From NCBI GenBank assembly GCA_038817485.1, contig JAWAZL010000002.1, forward strand, positions 2,918 through 66,917: a DNA stretch of 64,000 nucleotides, written 5' to 3'. The position numbers were made by a program, and so were the translations under genes. Below, one piece after another: positions 20,684 through 31,357 of this stretch; within the stretch, counting starts at the first letter, position 1; each line of letters starts with the position of its first letter. Source of the stretch: Nitrososphaerota archaeon. GTDB lineage: Archaea; Thermoproteota; Nitrososphaeria_A; Caldarchaeales; JAVZCJ01. A model generated the notes under the pieces. It was not told the origin of the DNA and made no database searches. It was given only the letters and a program-made list of their open reading frames with translations.

Positions 20684-21521
20684 CTAGAAAAGCTAATAAT
20701 GCTGTAAGCATCCATATTAAAACAATTTTCTTAATCTTTAAAGTATTTTCTTTTGTTGGATTTTTTATAATTTTATAAGAAGAATAAATAAAACCTAAAT
20801 CAGTAATGACTATTAATGGTATATAAAAAAGAGGATAAACTAAATTATAAATTAAAGGAATAAAGCTTAATAATATTGCTATAATAAAGAATAAAACTCC
20901 AATTTTAGCTGCAATTTTATTTCCAAATAATCTAGCAATAGATTTAACATCTTTAATAGCATCTCCTTCAACATCTGCTATACCCTTAATAACTTCTCTA
21001 CCAGTATTTGCAATAAAAGCAGTTATTGAAAATAAAGCTATTCTAAGAGTTATTTCACCATCGCTTATTAATCCTCCATAAAGAAATGGAGCTGCTACAC
21101 ATAAACTAACTATCATATTTCCTATTAAACCAGTTTTCTTTAATTTCCAATTATATAAAAAAGAAGCAATATAAAAAAAACTAGCTATTATTAAACAACT
21201 ATATGATATTAATAATGATGAAAATAAACCAATCATAGTTAAAATAAAAGAAAATAAAATTGCCTCTTTCTCACTTATTATTTTTGATGGTAAAGGTTTA
21301 TTAGGAGCATTTATCGAATCGATTTCTCTATCAAAATAATCATTTAAAACCATTGAACTTGAATTTAATGAATAAGCTGTTAAGCCACCTAAAATAATAT
21401 TTTTTAAAAATAAATTTTTCTTTTGAGAAGCAAGAATTCCAACTATTACTGCAATAATCATTAATAAACCATTTATAGATCGAGTCATTTTAAATAATCC
21501 AATAATTTTTTTTCTTAACAT
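20664..21521 (-). CDS. UbiA-family prenyltransferase (digeranylgeranylglyceryl phosphate synthase)
   Basis: NDYFDREID.IN.P.KPLPS, REVIKGIADVEGD. Confidence 0.88.
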   Translation of the reverse strand: MLRKKIIGLFKMTRSINGLLMIIAVIVGILASQKKNLFLKNIILGGLTAYSLNSSSMVLNDYFDREIDSINAPNKPLPSKIISEKEAILFSFILTMIGLFSSLLISYSCLIIASFFYIASFLYNWKLKKTGLIGNMIVSLCVAAPFLYGGLISDGEITLRIALFSITAFIANTGREVIKGIADVEGDAIKDVKSIARLFGNKIAAKIGVLFFIIAILLSFIPLIYNLVYPLFYIPLIVITDLGFIYSSYKIIKNPTKENTLKIKKIVLIWMLTALLAFLVGGFYA

Positions 21522-21748
21522 TTTTCAGGGCCTTCTATATTCTAAATATATTCTAAAACACGTAAATATTTTAATTTAATTATTTAATTATTTATATATA
21601 AAAAAAATAAATATAAAATATTATAAATTAAAAATTAAATATTTTTGTTAAAAAAACAATTAGGGATTAGACTCTACTTTTACTTAAATATTTTTAAGGA
21701 TAATGTTTTTCTTTAAAGAGTTAAAATTTATTTTCATTCTCTATTTTC

Positions 21749-22327
21749 TTATTTATTTCTTAAATCAGCTAAACAAATTCCATAATAAATAACTTCATTT
21801 CTTCTATCAACGACAGATATTATCATTTCTTTCTTCAATCCGCGACAAATTGAAACAAGTTTTTTAAGAGTTGCTATGTCGACATTTTTACCTTCACTAA
21901 GGGGAACTATTAAATATTTTGCAACTCCTTTTTCGAAACTTCCCCTATCAAATACTCTAAATCTTAATTCAGGACTAAAACCTTCTTTTACTACATAACC
22001 TCTTTTCCTAAGATCTCTAAAAACAACATAGCTAATCCATATATCATTATATCTTTCTTTAAAAAATGAAAGAGCCTCTAAAAAATTAAGTTGTCTTCCT
22101 TTTGAATCATATAATAAGAGTTTTTCTTTTTCTAATAAATAAAGAACTTCGCAAGGATGATAAACTATTTTATTTTCTTCTTCTAATTTATATCCATAAC
22201 CTTTAGATAAATAAGCTAAGCTATTATCATTTATTTCACTATATATTTTACCATCTTCTCCAATACGAGCAACAATTACTTGTATAGGTAATTCCACTTC
22301 TTTTTCTTTATTTTTTTCTTCGGTCAT
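21749..22327 (-). CDS. endA: tRNA-splicing endonuclease subunit, probably non-catalytic (beta)
   Basis: EVLYL and YVVFRDLRKRGYVVKEG signatures; catalytic Tyr and His positions appear as F (RVF) and V (GVAKY). Confidence 0.85.
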   Translation of the reverse strand: MTEEKNKEKEVELPIQVIVARIGEDGKIYSEINDNSLAYLSKGYGYKLEEENKIVYHPCEVLYLLEKEKLLLYDSKGRQLNFLEALSFFKERYNDIWISYVVFRDLRKRGYVVKEGFSPELRFRVFDRGSFEKGVAKYLIVPLSEGKNVDIATLKKLVSICRGLKKEMIISVVDRRNEVIYYGICLADLRNK

Positions 22328-22689
22328 TTTTTACACTTTTTATAAAAAATAAGGTATTTTAAATAAATTATTTTGAAGTTTTTATCAATGAATTTATTAT
22401 AAGACTATTTAAGTCTTTCTTAATAATTATATCATTTTATTATTGATTTAAAAATTGATTGTATTATTTAGAACAAGAAGAATTTAATTTTCATAAAGAA
22501 TTTCATTAATTTTACTCAAATAAGGCTTTATATTAACTATAATATTTTGGTTTTTAGCTTTTAAGAAAGCTAAAAATTTTTAAATGATAAAACAAATTTC
22601 ATTAGTGATAAATTTAACAGCTATGTTTTTATAATTCAAATGATGGGCTATTCTATTATATAATTCGTTTTATCTTTTATTAAAGTTTT

Positions 22690-23903
22690 TCCTAAATAAT
22701 TGCTTTTGCCCATTTTCCATATTTTATCCATATTATAGCTATAATTCCTATTAAATTGCTTATTGCTGTAGATGCCCAAATTCCTATGGATCTCATTCCT
22801 AGAATGAATGCTAGAATATAGTTAGGGTTATTCTAAACCCCCAGAGTCTAAGTATTCCGAGTGTTGTTGGAAATAATGTATGCCCAGACCCTCTTCAATA
22901 GATAGGGATACTAAAAAGAGACTGAAGAATGGAAGTGTTGGTAGAAGCGTTTGAAGAAAAATATCGGTCCCCTCTAAAATGTTTTTGTCGTTTGCAAAAA
23001 CATCTACTATACTCCTTCTCATTGGATATGCAATAGCAGCTCCAATCGCAACAAGAATAAATATGAGGAACATTGCTTTTAAAGCAACTTCTCTTGCTCT
23101 TTTTGAATTCCCTGCTCCTAGACTTTACCCATCATTATGGCTGGAGCTGCACTCAACCCCAAAGTGCAGCATCTACAGCATCTATTATTATAAAACCTAT
23201 GGAGAAAGCTGTAGCTGCCACCCCTGAAACTCTATTATTAGCTCATGTATTATCAACTTTTAATAAACTATTGCTCCTTTTTTAACAAGTAATTTCTTCA
23301 TGTTTTCTCATAATATTCTCTTTTTCTTTTTTCAATTTTTTCTTTATTTCCAGGAGAAATAAATGTTAGATTATCTGATGTTATTATAATAAATAAAATT
23401 GAAAATGCAATACCAATCTTGCCCATAATACCCATATTTTTAGTAAATCCTATTTTTAGCTCTGAGTAATTTTCTCTAAGGATATAAGCTAAAGCAATTA
23501 TCGATATTATCTTTCCTATAACATCTGTGAGCATTATACTCAGAACTCCACCTGATAAAAAAGCTAATGTGAAGAAACGTGAAGCTGATAAACTAGCTTC
23601 TTTATAGGCTTTGCTTCCCACATATTGTGAAATAAGACTAAGAATGGCTATAGTTAAAGCATTTGCAATCGCCTGTAAAAGCATAAGAATTGACCACATT
23701 TGTCTTGGAACAGCTATCACTATTTCACTATAATTGCTTAACCAATATGAGTCCGTTACATTGTAGGCTACAATCACAAGCTGATTTACAAGTGGAGGAG
23801 TTCCAAGCCAAAAAAGTGTACGAATAATTGGTCCATTAATAATTTTCTCTCTATACTTACTTATTCCACTTGATTTTAGTGATGTTTTGGAATCTTCAGC
23901 CAT
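22690..23903 (-). pseudogene. MATE efflux transporter pseudogene
   Basis: GPIIRTL..L..P, YNVTDSYWL, ISQYVG; several frameshifted or deleted fragments. Confidence 0.8.
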
Positions 23904-24116
23904 AAAGTTCTTTTGGTCTTAAAAAAGGAAATTTAAAAAGTTTCTCTTTCTCTCAAAATACTTGCTTAAATATTTTTTATGTTTATAGGAAAATTTTTTA
24001 AATTTCTTATTTAAATCTATATAATGTAAGTTAAAATAAAATTGTAAAATCTTTGATAAAATATAAATAGAAAAAATTTAATTAATTTGATAGTCAAAAT
24101 TAAGTGAAAAATAAAA

Positions 24117-24569
24117 ATGGATTTGGAAAATTACTTAAAACAAAATAATGTTTGGTATAGATTTATTTCAAAACCAGAAACTATTCATACAGCTGATGCT
24201 GCTAGAGTTACTGGTATAGAGTTAAAAAGAGTTACAAAAAATTTGGTTTGTAAAACGAATGAAGGTGAATATGTACTTTTAATAATACCAGGTGATAAAA
24301 AAGTTGATTTGAAGAAAGCATCTGAGATATTAAAAGTTAAGAAAGTTTACCTTATGCCATTTGATAAAGCAGAAGAAATTAGCGGATATCCTCCTGGTGG
24401 TACTCCATCTGTTGGACATAAAATTAAAATGAAAGTAATTGTTGACAAATCTATTTTAAATTATGAAACTATTTATTGCGGTGGAGGAAGTAGAGACAAA
24501 CTTCTTGAATTAAGAACAAGCGATATAATAAGATTAAATAATGCTATTATTGCTGAAATCGCATACTAA
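24117..24569 (+). CDS. YbaK/ProX aminoacyl-tRNA deacylase
   Basis: VTKNLV, SGYPPGGTPSVG, IYCGGG. Confidence 0.88.
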   Translation: MDLENYLKQNNVWYRFISKPETIHTADAARVTGIELKRVTKNLVCKTNEGEYVLLIIPGDKKVDLKKASEILKVKKVYLMPFDKAEEISGYPPGGTPSVGHKIKMKVIVDKSILNYETIYCGGGSRDKLLELRTSDIIRLNNAIIAEIAY

Positions 24570-24577
24570 GTTGGATT

Positions 24578-25855
24578 TTATCTTGCTAAATTTCCTAGAA
24601 TGTCAAAAATCATATCTTTTGGTTCTCCAATAATTTTTATCTTCTTTTTTATTTCAGGATTTTTCTCAATATCTTCAATAAGCGCTTCCGAAATCCAAAA
24701 TTTAGAAAGTTCAAGAGTATTTTTAATTCGAACTATTTTCGCTTTTTTAGGATCTCTTACACCTGCTGCTCTTAAACCAATAGCTATAGCATCTCTATCA
24801 CATGGTAAAAAAATGGGTATTTTACCACTTTCAGGCCAATTACTTGTTAAACAATTAATAAATGTTTTTTCAAAATCAATTTTCTCAAACACTCTTCTAG
24901 TAGTGAGATCAGCCATACCTATCCCTATAGCATTCCCTTCAGTTTTAGAACTTAAGTCAAGTACTACTATTCTTTTAATCCTTGGAGCTTCAGGTTCATA
25001 TTCTCCTGGAACAAAAAATCTACCCGTAACATTCGGGTCCATTCCTACACCACTAATATCTTTTCCTATCTCATCAACTATCAAAAGATCGATATCTTTA
25101 AATGGTATTCTAGGAAGATACTCTTTAGCGATTTTTAAAAGTTTAATTTCCTCTTCTTCAATTTTATCAGGGGGAATGGCTTTAATTATTGCAGTTTCAT
25201 GATATCCATTTTCTACGATTGCTATTCCACATATTATCTTAGCTTTTTCTATTATTTTTCTAGCCATTTTTGGTAAAATCTTATGATAGCCATCAGAAAG
25301 AAAAGAATGAAGAACTTCAGCACCTTTTTGTTTTCCCAAACCAATAACTGCCATTTTCATCAATCCACTTTCAATTATATCCTTGAAATCTGTATGTGGT
25401 TTAATTCTATTTACAATTATTATTCCATCAGCATTATGAGCATATCTATCAATATATATCGGAGTACCATCCTCAAGATAATCAATTATATCAACTTCTA
25501 ATGAAGAAATTATGGGTGCTCCAACACTTTCAGGTGTTATTCCAAGAGTTCTTAAAACTTCAATTTGTCCTTCAGGAGTTGCTCCGCCATGACTGCCCAT
25601 AGCTGGAATAATGAATGGCTGTCCACCATACCTCTTAATTTCACTTACAATAGTAGCAATTATTTCCGCAATATTTGCTATTCCTCTACTGCCAGCTGTT
25701 ATAGCTATTTTACTTCCAGGTTTAATTCTTGAAGAAAAATCTATTTCTTTAAGTTGTTTAATAATTTCATCTTTTATATTTTGGATTTTAACAGAAACAA
25801 GTTCTTGCTCAACTTCAACCATTTTAGGAAAATTAAAATAGCTGAAATTCATCAA
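24578..25855 (-). CDS. LarA-like (lactate racemase domain) protein
   Basis: AITAGSRGI, PAMGSHGGAT, NRIKPHTDF, ESGLMKM..IGLGK, GKDISG.GMD. Confidence 0.75.
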   Translation of the reverse strand: MMNFSYFNFPKMVEVEQELVSVKIQNIKDEIIKQLKEIDFSSRIKPGSKIAITAGSRGIANIAEIIATIVSEIKRYGGQPFIIPAMGSHGGATPEGQIEVLRTLGITPESVGAPIISSLEVDIIDYLEDGTPIYIDRYAHNADGIIIVNRIKPHTDFKDIIESGLMKMAVIGLGKQKGAEVLHSFLSDGYHKILPKMARKIIEKAKIICGIAIVENGYHETAIIKAIPPDKIEEEEIKLLKIAKEYLPRIPFKDIDLLIVDEIGKDISGVGMDPNVTGRFFVPGEYEPEAPRIKRIVVLDLSSKTEGNAIGIGMADLTTRRVFEKIDFEKTFINCLTSNWPESGKIPIFLPCDRDAIAIGLRAAGVRDPKKAKIVRIKNTLELSKFWISEALIEDIEKNPEIKKKIKIIGEPKDMIFDILGNLAR

Positions 25856-25898
25856 AATGAATATTCTATTACAAATATATAAAAATTAATAACTTTTA

Positions 25899-27227
25899 TT
25901 GAAAAATACTTATATTTTAAGATTAAGATTATATAAAAATGGTAGATTGTTTATGAAACATTGCAAATATAAATCCATAATAATAGCTGATGATTTTACA
26001 GGCGCGAATGATACTGCAGCCCAATTTTCAAAATTTGGTTTTTCTTCAATCACAATATTAAAATTTGAATCATTAAAAAGATTATTAAAAAAATATGACG
26101 TAATAGCAATAGATACAGAAAGTAGATCGCTTGATCCTGAAACATCTTACGAGATATTATTTAAAATAGGTAGAAGCATAAAAGAAATAAGTATTAGCAA
26201 TAATGTATTAATTTATAAAAAAATAGATTCAACTTTAAGAGGAAACATAATTGAAGAGATTAAAGGTTTGTATGATGCTTTGAATCCTGACGTTATAATA
26301 TTTGCCCCCGCATATCCTAAGCAAGGTCGGATAACAATAAATGGTATTCACATGGTGAATGGTATACCTATAAATCAAACAATTTTTGGAAAAGACTTAA
26401 GAACTCCAGTTAAGTCTTCTAATATTCCATCAATTTTTATGCAAATATTTGATAATAATTATAAGCATATACTCCTAGAAGAATTAAGATCTAATGAATT
26501 ATCTAAAATAATTAATAATTATAAAGTACTATCTTTTGATATAGAAAATGATAATGATATTAAGATTTTAGTTGAAAAATTATTCAAAATAAAAAATAAA
26601 AGAAAAATAATTTGGGTAGGATCTGCAGGATTAGCGGAATATATAGCTTACAATATTATTAAAAGGAAAATTAGACCATTTTTAATAGTTATAGGCTCTC
26701 CTAATGAAATAACTAAAAATCAAGTTAGAAAATTTTTAAATGAACTTGGTGGCTATCTTATTTTAATTAATATTAAAAACCTTATTGAAAATTTTAATAA
26801 TGAATTAAAGAGAGTAGTAAGTGAAATTTCAAAGGCTTTTAATTCTTTATTGGATATAATAATTACAACATCCTATGATGAAAAACAATTTAATGATAGT
26901 AAAGAAATAGCATCTAAAATGAATATTTCGATTAAAGATATTGGAAATGTGATAGCTGAAAAATTTGGAGAGTTAATTTCTTCAATTATTAATAAATTTG
27001 GATTGAAAAGTTTTAAAGGGATTTTTATATCAGGAGGTGATACTTCAATAGCAATAGTAAAACAATTAGGAATAAATAGTATTAGAGTAAAAGGAGAAGT
27101 AGAAGCTGGAATTCCAATTCTTAATTATAAAAAATTTATTATAGTTACGAAAGCAGGTGGGTTTGGTACAGAGGATACTCTTATTAGAGTAATATCAAAA
27201 TTAAAAAGTGAAGCATATGAAAAATAA
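25899..27227 (+). CDS. Four-carbon acid sugar kinase (DUF1537 family); start probably 25953
   Basis: IADDFTGAND, DTESR, YKKIDSTLRGN, SGGDT, TKAGGFG. Confidence 0.9.
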   Translation: MKNTYILRLRLYKNGRLFMKHCKYKSIIIADDFTGANDTAAQFSKFGFSSITILKFESLKRLLKKYDVIAIDTESRSLDPETSYEILFKIGRSIKEISISNNVLIYKKIDSTLRGNIIEEIKGLYDALNPDVIIFAPAYPKQGRITINGIHMVNGIPINQTIFGKDLRTPVKSSNIPSIFMQIFDNNYKHILLEELRSNELSKIINNYKVLSFDIENDNDIKILVEKLFKIKNKRKIIWVGSAGLAEYIAYNIIKRKIRPFLIVIGSPNEITKNQVRKFLNELGGYLILINIKNLIENFNNELKRVVSEISKAFNSLLDIIITTSYDEKQFNDSKEIASKMNISIKDIGNVIAEKFGELISSIINKFGLKSFKGIFISGGDTSIAIVKQLGINSIRVKGEVEAGIPILNYKKFIIVTKAGGFGTEDTLIRVISKLKSEAYEK

Positions 27228-28236
27228 TAAACCTTTTATTGGTATAACAATGGGTGATCCTGCTGGTTCAGGTCCTGAATTAGCAATTAAAGCTATTAAA
27301 AGATTAAAAAAGGATATCGAATATAATGCTAAATTATTATTAATAGGGGATTTTAAAGTATTTAAAAAAGCATTGGAAATTGTCGGATCTAATAATTTAA
27401 AATTAATTAGAATAAATCATCCAAGAGATTTTATTGATGATATTAATACCATAAATATAATCGATTTAAATAATGTTGATATAGATAAGTTAGTATATGG
27501 TAAACCTTCTTCTATGGGAGGAAAAGCAGCATATGAAAGTATTATTAAAGCAGTTGAATATGCTATGGGAAAATTTATACACGCTATAGTTACTATGCCA
27601 ATCAGTAAAGAAAGTCTTAATATGGCTGGTTACAATTATCCTGGGCATACTGAAATTTTAGCCGATTTAACAAAAACAAAAGATGTTAGAATGATGCTTC
27701 TTGCTAAAAATTTAAGAGTAGTACATGTTACAACTCACGTTTCTTTAAAAAAAGCTATAGAATTAATAAAAAAAGATAGAATATTTAAAACTATAGAAAT
27801 AACGAATTTCTACCTTAAAAATTATTTTGATATAATAAAACCAAAAATTGCAATTGCTGGATTAAATCCTCATGCAAGTGAGAGTGGATTATTTGGAGAT
27901 GAGGAAGAAAAAGAGATTATTCCAGCAATTAAAGAAGCTAATAAGAAAGGAATAAATGCTCTAGGCCCTTTTCCATCAGATAGTGTATTTTATAGAGCAT
28001 ATAATAATGAATTTGATGCTGTTATAGCAATGTATCATGATCAAGGTCATATACCTATTAAAATGATTGGTTTTATGGAAGGTGTTAATATTACACTTGG
28101 ATTACCAATTATTAGAGTATCCCCAGATCATGGAACTGTATGGGGTAAAGCTGGAAAAGGTACAGCTGATGAGAGTGCAACATTAAATGCTATAAAAATT
28201 GCAATAAAAATAGCATTAAAAAATATAAATAAATAG
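27208..28236 (+). CDS. pdxA: PdxA2-type 4-phospho-tetronate / 4-hydroxythreonine-4-phosphate dehydrogenase
   Basis: TMGDPAG.GPE, PGHTE, LNPHA.E, AMYHDQGH, SPDHGT. Confidence 0.92.
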   Translation: MKHMKNNKPFIGITMGDPAGSGPELAIKAIKRLKKDIEYNAKLLLIGDFKVFKKALEIVGSNNLKLIRINHPRDFIDDINTINIIDLNNVDIDKLVYGKPSSMGGKAAYESIIKAVEYAMGKFIHAIVTMPISKESLNMAGYNYPGHTEILADLTKTKDVRMMLLAKNLRVVHVTTHVSLKKAIELIKKDRIFKTIEITNFYLKNYFDIIKPKIAIAGLNPHASESGLFGDEEEKEIIPAIKEANKKGINALGPFPSDSVFYRAYNNEFDAVIAMYHDQGHIPIKMIGFMEGVNITLGLPIIRVSPDHGTVWGKAGKGTADESATLNAIKIAIKIALKNINK

Positions 28237-28257
28237 TATAAATAAATCTATCTAATA

Positions 28258-29328
28258 TTATTTCATCGTTAAAATTTTAATAGCTGAAGCTTTAAAAGAT
28301 GCATAAACTTTTTCTCCAGGAAAGAGTTTGAGATCTTCATACGAACCTTTAGTTATTAATGCCTCTATTATAAAACTATTATGTTCAAGTTTTATATTTA
28401 TTAATCCCCCTTTTTCATTAACTTCTTTAATAATACATTCAATAACATTCCTAGCGCTTGTTTTTAAAGATTCTTTAGATAATACTATATCTTCAGGTCT
28501 TAAAATTGCCATAACTTTTGAACCTAATATTGGCTCTTTTTCATAAATGGCTGCTATTTTTAAATCTTCAATTTTTATTATAGCTATTCCTTCTTTTATT
28601 TCAATTATTTCTCCAATAATTATATTTGGTTTTCCATGAAGCCAAGCTACTTCTAAATTTTTTGGATTGCTGAAGATTTCTATAGGTGTACCTGCTTGCA
28701 AAACTTTACCATTAATTATAATTGCTATTTTATTTCCAAGTTCTATTGCTTCCAAAGGATCATGAGTAACATGTATGGCTGTAAATCCCAATTTTTTATG
28801 TAGATAAATTATGAAATCTTTAATTTGATTTTTTGTTTTCGTATCTAAATTACTTAATGGTTCATCTAATAAAATGACTTCTGGATCTATTATTAAAGCT
28901 CTTGCAAGTGCTACTCTTTGTTTCTCTCCTCCACTAAGAGTTAAAGGGTATCTATTTAATAAATCTTTTATTTCCATTACTTCTGCAATTTCCAAAACTT
29001 TTCTATGTATTTCCTTTTTCTCAACTTTCTTTAATTTAAGCCCATACGCTATATTTTCATAAACATTCATATGAGGCCACAAAGCATAATCTTGTGGTAC
29101 ATAAGATATGTTTCTTTTATCTGGAGGAAGATTTGTTACATTTTTCCCATTTATCTTTATTTCTCCTTTAATAGGTGTTCTAAAACCAGCAATAGTTTCA
29201 AGAAGAATTGTTTTTCCAGTACCACTCGGACCCATTAATACTGCGTATTCTCCATTATTAACAACCATTTCCTTAACTTCAATTTTAAAATCTTCAACTT
29301 TCATCATTAGATTAAATATTTCTATCAT
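28258..29328 (-). CDS. wtpC: Tungstate/molybdate ABC transporter ATPase with TOBE domains
   Basis: GPSGTGKT, LSGGE, LLDEP, TSARN. Confidence 0.88.
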   Translation of the reverse strand: MIEIFNLMMKVEDFKIEVKEMVVNNGEYAVLMGPSGTGKTILLETIAGFRTPIKGEIKINGKNVTNLPPDKRNISYVPQDYALWPHMNVYENIAYGLKLKKVEKKEIHRKVLEIAEVMEIKDLLNRYPLTLSGGEKQRVALARALIIDPEVILLDEPLSNLDTKTKNQIKDFIIYLHKKLGFTAIHVTHDPLEAIELGNKIAIIINGKVLQAGTPIEIFSNPKNLEVAWLHGKPNIIIGEIIEIKEGIAIIKIEDLKIAAIYEKEPILGSKVMAILRPEDIVLSKESLKTSARNVIECIIKEVNEKGGLINIKLEHNSFIIEALITKGSYEDLKLFPGEKVYASFKASAIKILTMK

Positions 29329-29329
29329 T

Positions 29330-30163
29330 TTATCCTCTCCATTTTAATAATCTTAAAATAACTAAAATTATGAAGCTTACTATTAAAAGGAGTATGGATA
29401 AAGATACTGCTAATTTTAATCCTTTAATTGTAAGCCACTCATAAACTAAAACACTTCCAACAATTGGATGATACGAAACGATCATAATTGCTCCAACTTC
29501 ACTTATTGATCTAGCTAAACTCATAAGCCATCCAATAATTATACTTCGAGCTGCTAAAGGCAAAGAGATAGTTATGAATGTTTTAAATGGTCCTGCACCT
29601 AAACTTCTAGCAACTTTCTCTAATGATATATCTATATTTCTAAATCCTTGTTTAGAAAAATTTATAGAGAATGGTGCTGAAACATACATCATTGCTAAAA
29701 CTATTCCCCAAAAACTATCTTCTACTCTAAATCCTATAGATGATAAAAGTGCTCCAATTGGTGCTCTACTATTAAACGTAAGCAATATGGCAATTCCAGC
29801 TACTGTGTGAGGCATAACTAATGGAAGATCCAATAATCCTTCAATAAAACTTTTCCCTTTAAAATTGCTTCTACTAAAAATATATGCAAGAGGAATGCTA
29901 AAAAATGTTGAAATTGTTGCAGCTAACATGCCCGCCTCAATGGATAAAAATATAGAATTTAGCGCCTCTTTATTATTTATAGTTTGAGCTATTCCTTCTA
30001 TGTCTGATGTAGCTAATAAAGATATTATTGGAAGTAATAAAAAAAGTATTATTATACTAGATAATCCAGAAAATATTAATAAGAATTTTTTAGCTTTTTT
30101 AAATGGAGAAAATAATTCTCCTTCATTATTAATGAACATTTTACTCAACTTCTTTTTAACCAC
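29330..30163 (-). CDS. wtpB: Tungstate/molybdate ABC permease
   Basis: DLPLVMPHTVAG, EKVARSLGA, ARSISEVGA. Confidence 0.88.
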   Translation of the reverse strand: MVKKKLSKMFINNEGELFSPFKKAKKFLLIFSGLSSIIILFLLLPIISLLATSDIEGIAQTINNKEALNSIFLSIEAGMLAATISTFFSIPLAYIFSRSNFKGKSFIEGLLDLPLVMPHTVAGIAILLTFNSRAPIGALLSSIGFRVEDSFWGIVLAMMYVSAPFSINFSKQGFRNIDISLEKVARSLGAGPFKTFITISLPLAARSIIIGWLMSLARSISEVGAIMIVSYHPIVGSVLVYEWLTIKGLKLAVSLSILLLIVSFIILVILRLLKWRG

Positions 30164-31167
30164 TCAGGGGCTTCTCCTATGACTATTAAAGTTTCTAAAG
30201 GTTTAAATCCATTTTCTAATAAAATTTTCCTTCCTTCATTACTTATTAATAATTCAATAAATTTTTTAGCATTATCTTTATGTAATGCATTTTTTGGAAT
30301 TGTCAAACCATAAGATATGAAAGACCCTTTTAAAACTTCTTTACTTCCCTTCTCTCCAATTATTGTAACAAAAACTTTTGAGTAAAAATCATCTAATGAT
30401 TGTTCTGCTAAATTAATTTCTTTTGGTAATTCTACATACTTAAACTTTTTTGAAATCGCTATATTCTTATATTCAAATGCATAATCTATTACTCCAGTTT
30501 CAATAAGAGCCAAAAGATCTACTTCTTTACTTCTTATAAATATTTTTAGGGAGTCTGGATTAACTCCTTCGCTAGCATCAAAAAATATCCCACTTTCATT
30601 TAAAATATATTTAATTTCAGCATGTTTTTTTAACATTTTTAAAAGGCCCTCATTATTATAATAAATTGAAGCTAATCCTAAAACCATTAAGCTTCTATAT
30701 CCGCATGGGTCTTTATTAGGATCAGAAAAACCAATTCTAACATCAGGTTTTAATAAAATTTTTAACCAATTTTCAGAATTTATTTCATTAGAATATTTAC
30801 TTTTCTCAGTAAAAACTATAACTATTTCATTGGTTGCAAAAATTAAACTCCAATCAGCTTTTGAAGACATCATATTTGGAATTAATTTATAGTCTGATAC
30901 CATAACTATATCTGCTATTTTATCCAAATCAGTTATTTTTCTTATCGCATCAATACTTCCACTTGGTTCATTTAAAATTTCTATGTTATAATTGTTCTTC
31001 ATTATTAATGACAAATCTTCTATAACACTTGTAAGACTTCCAGCATGAAAAATTGTTATACTATTTTTGTAGGATAAAAAAGAGTGCTGAAAAAGAAATA
31101 CTAGAATAAGCATAAATGATAATACAATTAATAAAAGGGATTTTCTATTTCTATATAAAAGCCCCAT
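30145..31167 (-). CDS. wtpA: Tungstate/molybdate-binding protein
   Basis: FHAGSL, GFSDPNKDPCGYRS, DYAFEY, LPKEINL. Confidence 0.9.
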   Translation of the reverse strand: MGLLYRNRKSLLLIVLSFMLILVFLFQHSFLSYKNSITIFHAGSLTSVIEDLSLIMKNNYNIEILNEPSGSIDAIRKITDLDKIADIVMVSDYKLIPNMMSSKADWSLIFATNEIVIVFTEKSKYSNEINSENWLKILLKPDVRIGFSDPNKDPCGYRSLMVLGLASIYYNNEGLLKMLKKHAEIKYILNESGIFFDASEGVNPDSLKIFIRSKEVDLLALIETGVIDYAFEYKNIAISKKFKYVELPKEINLAEQSLDDFYSKVFVTIIGEKGSKEVLKGSFISYGLTIPKNALHKDNAKKFIELLISNEGRKILLENGFKPLETLIVIGEAPEWLKRS

Positions 31168-31357
31168 TTTATTATTCTAAAAAATTTAGAAAGAAAGTTT
31201 TAATTAAAGTTTTATAACCGTTTTCATTCTATTTAATGAAATCAAAAAATATTCGATTAAAAAAAGACTTTTAAATTTTCGTTATTTTTTAAATCTTACA
31301 TTATTCTGTATATTAAAATTTGTAAAAATTATAATATTTTTAAGAAAAATTTATATT

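Noticed and set aside
24600..25202. 200-aa ORF and similar antisense ORFs (37060-37539, 49671-50255, 44321-44701, 63369-63755)
   Set aside because: Reverse-frame shadows of well-supported genes
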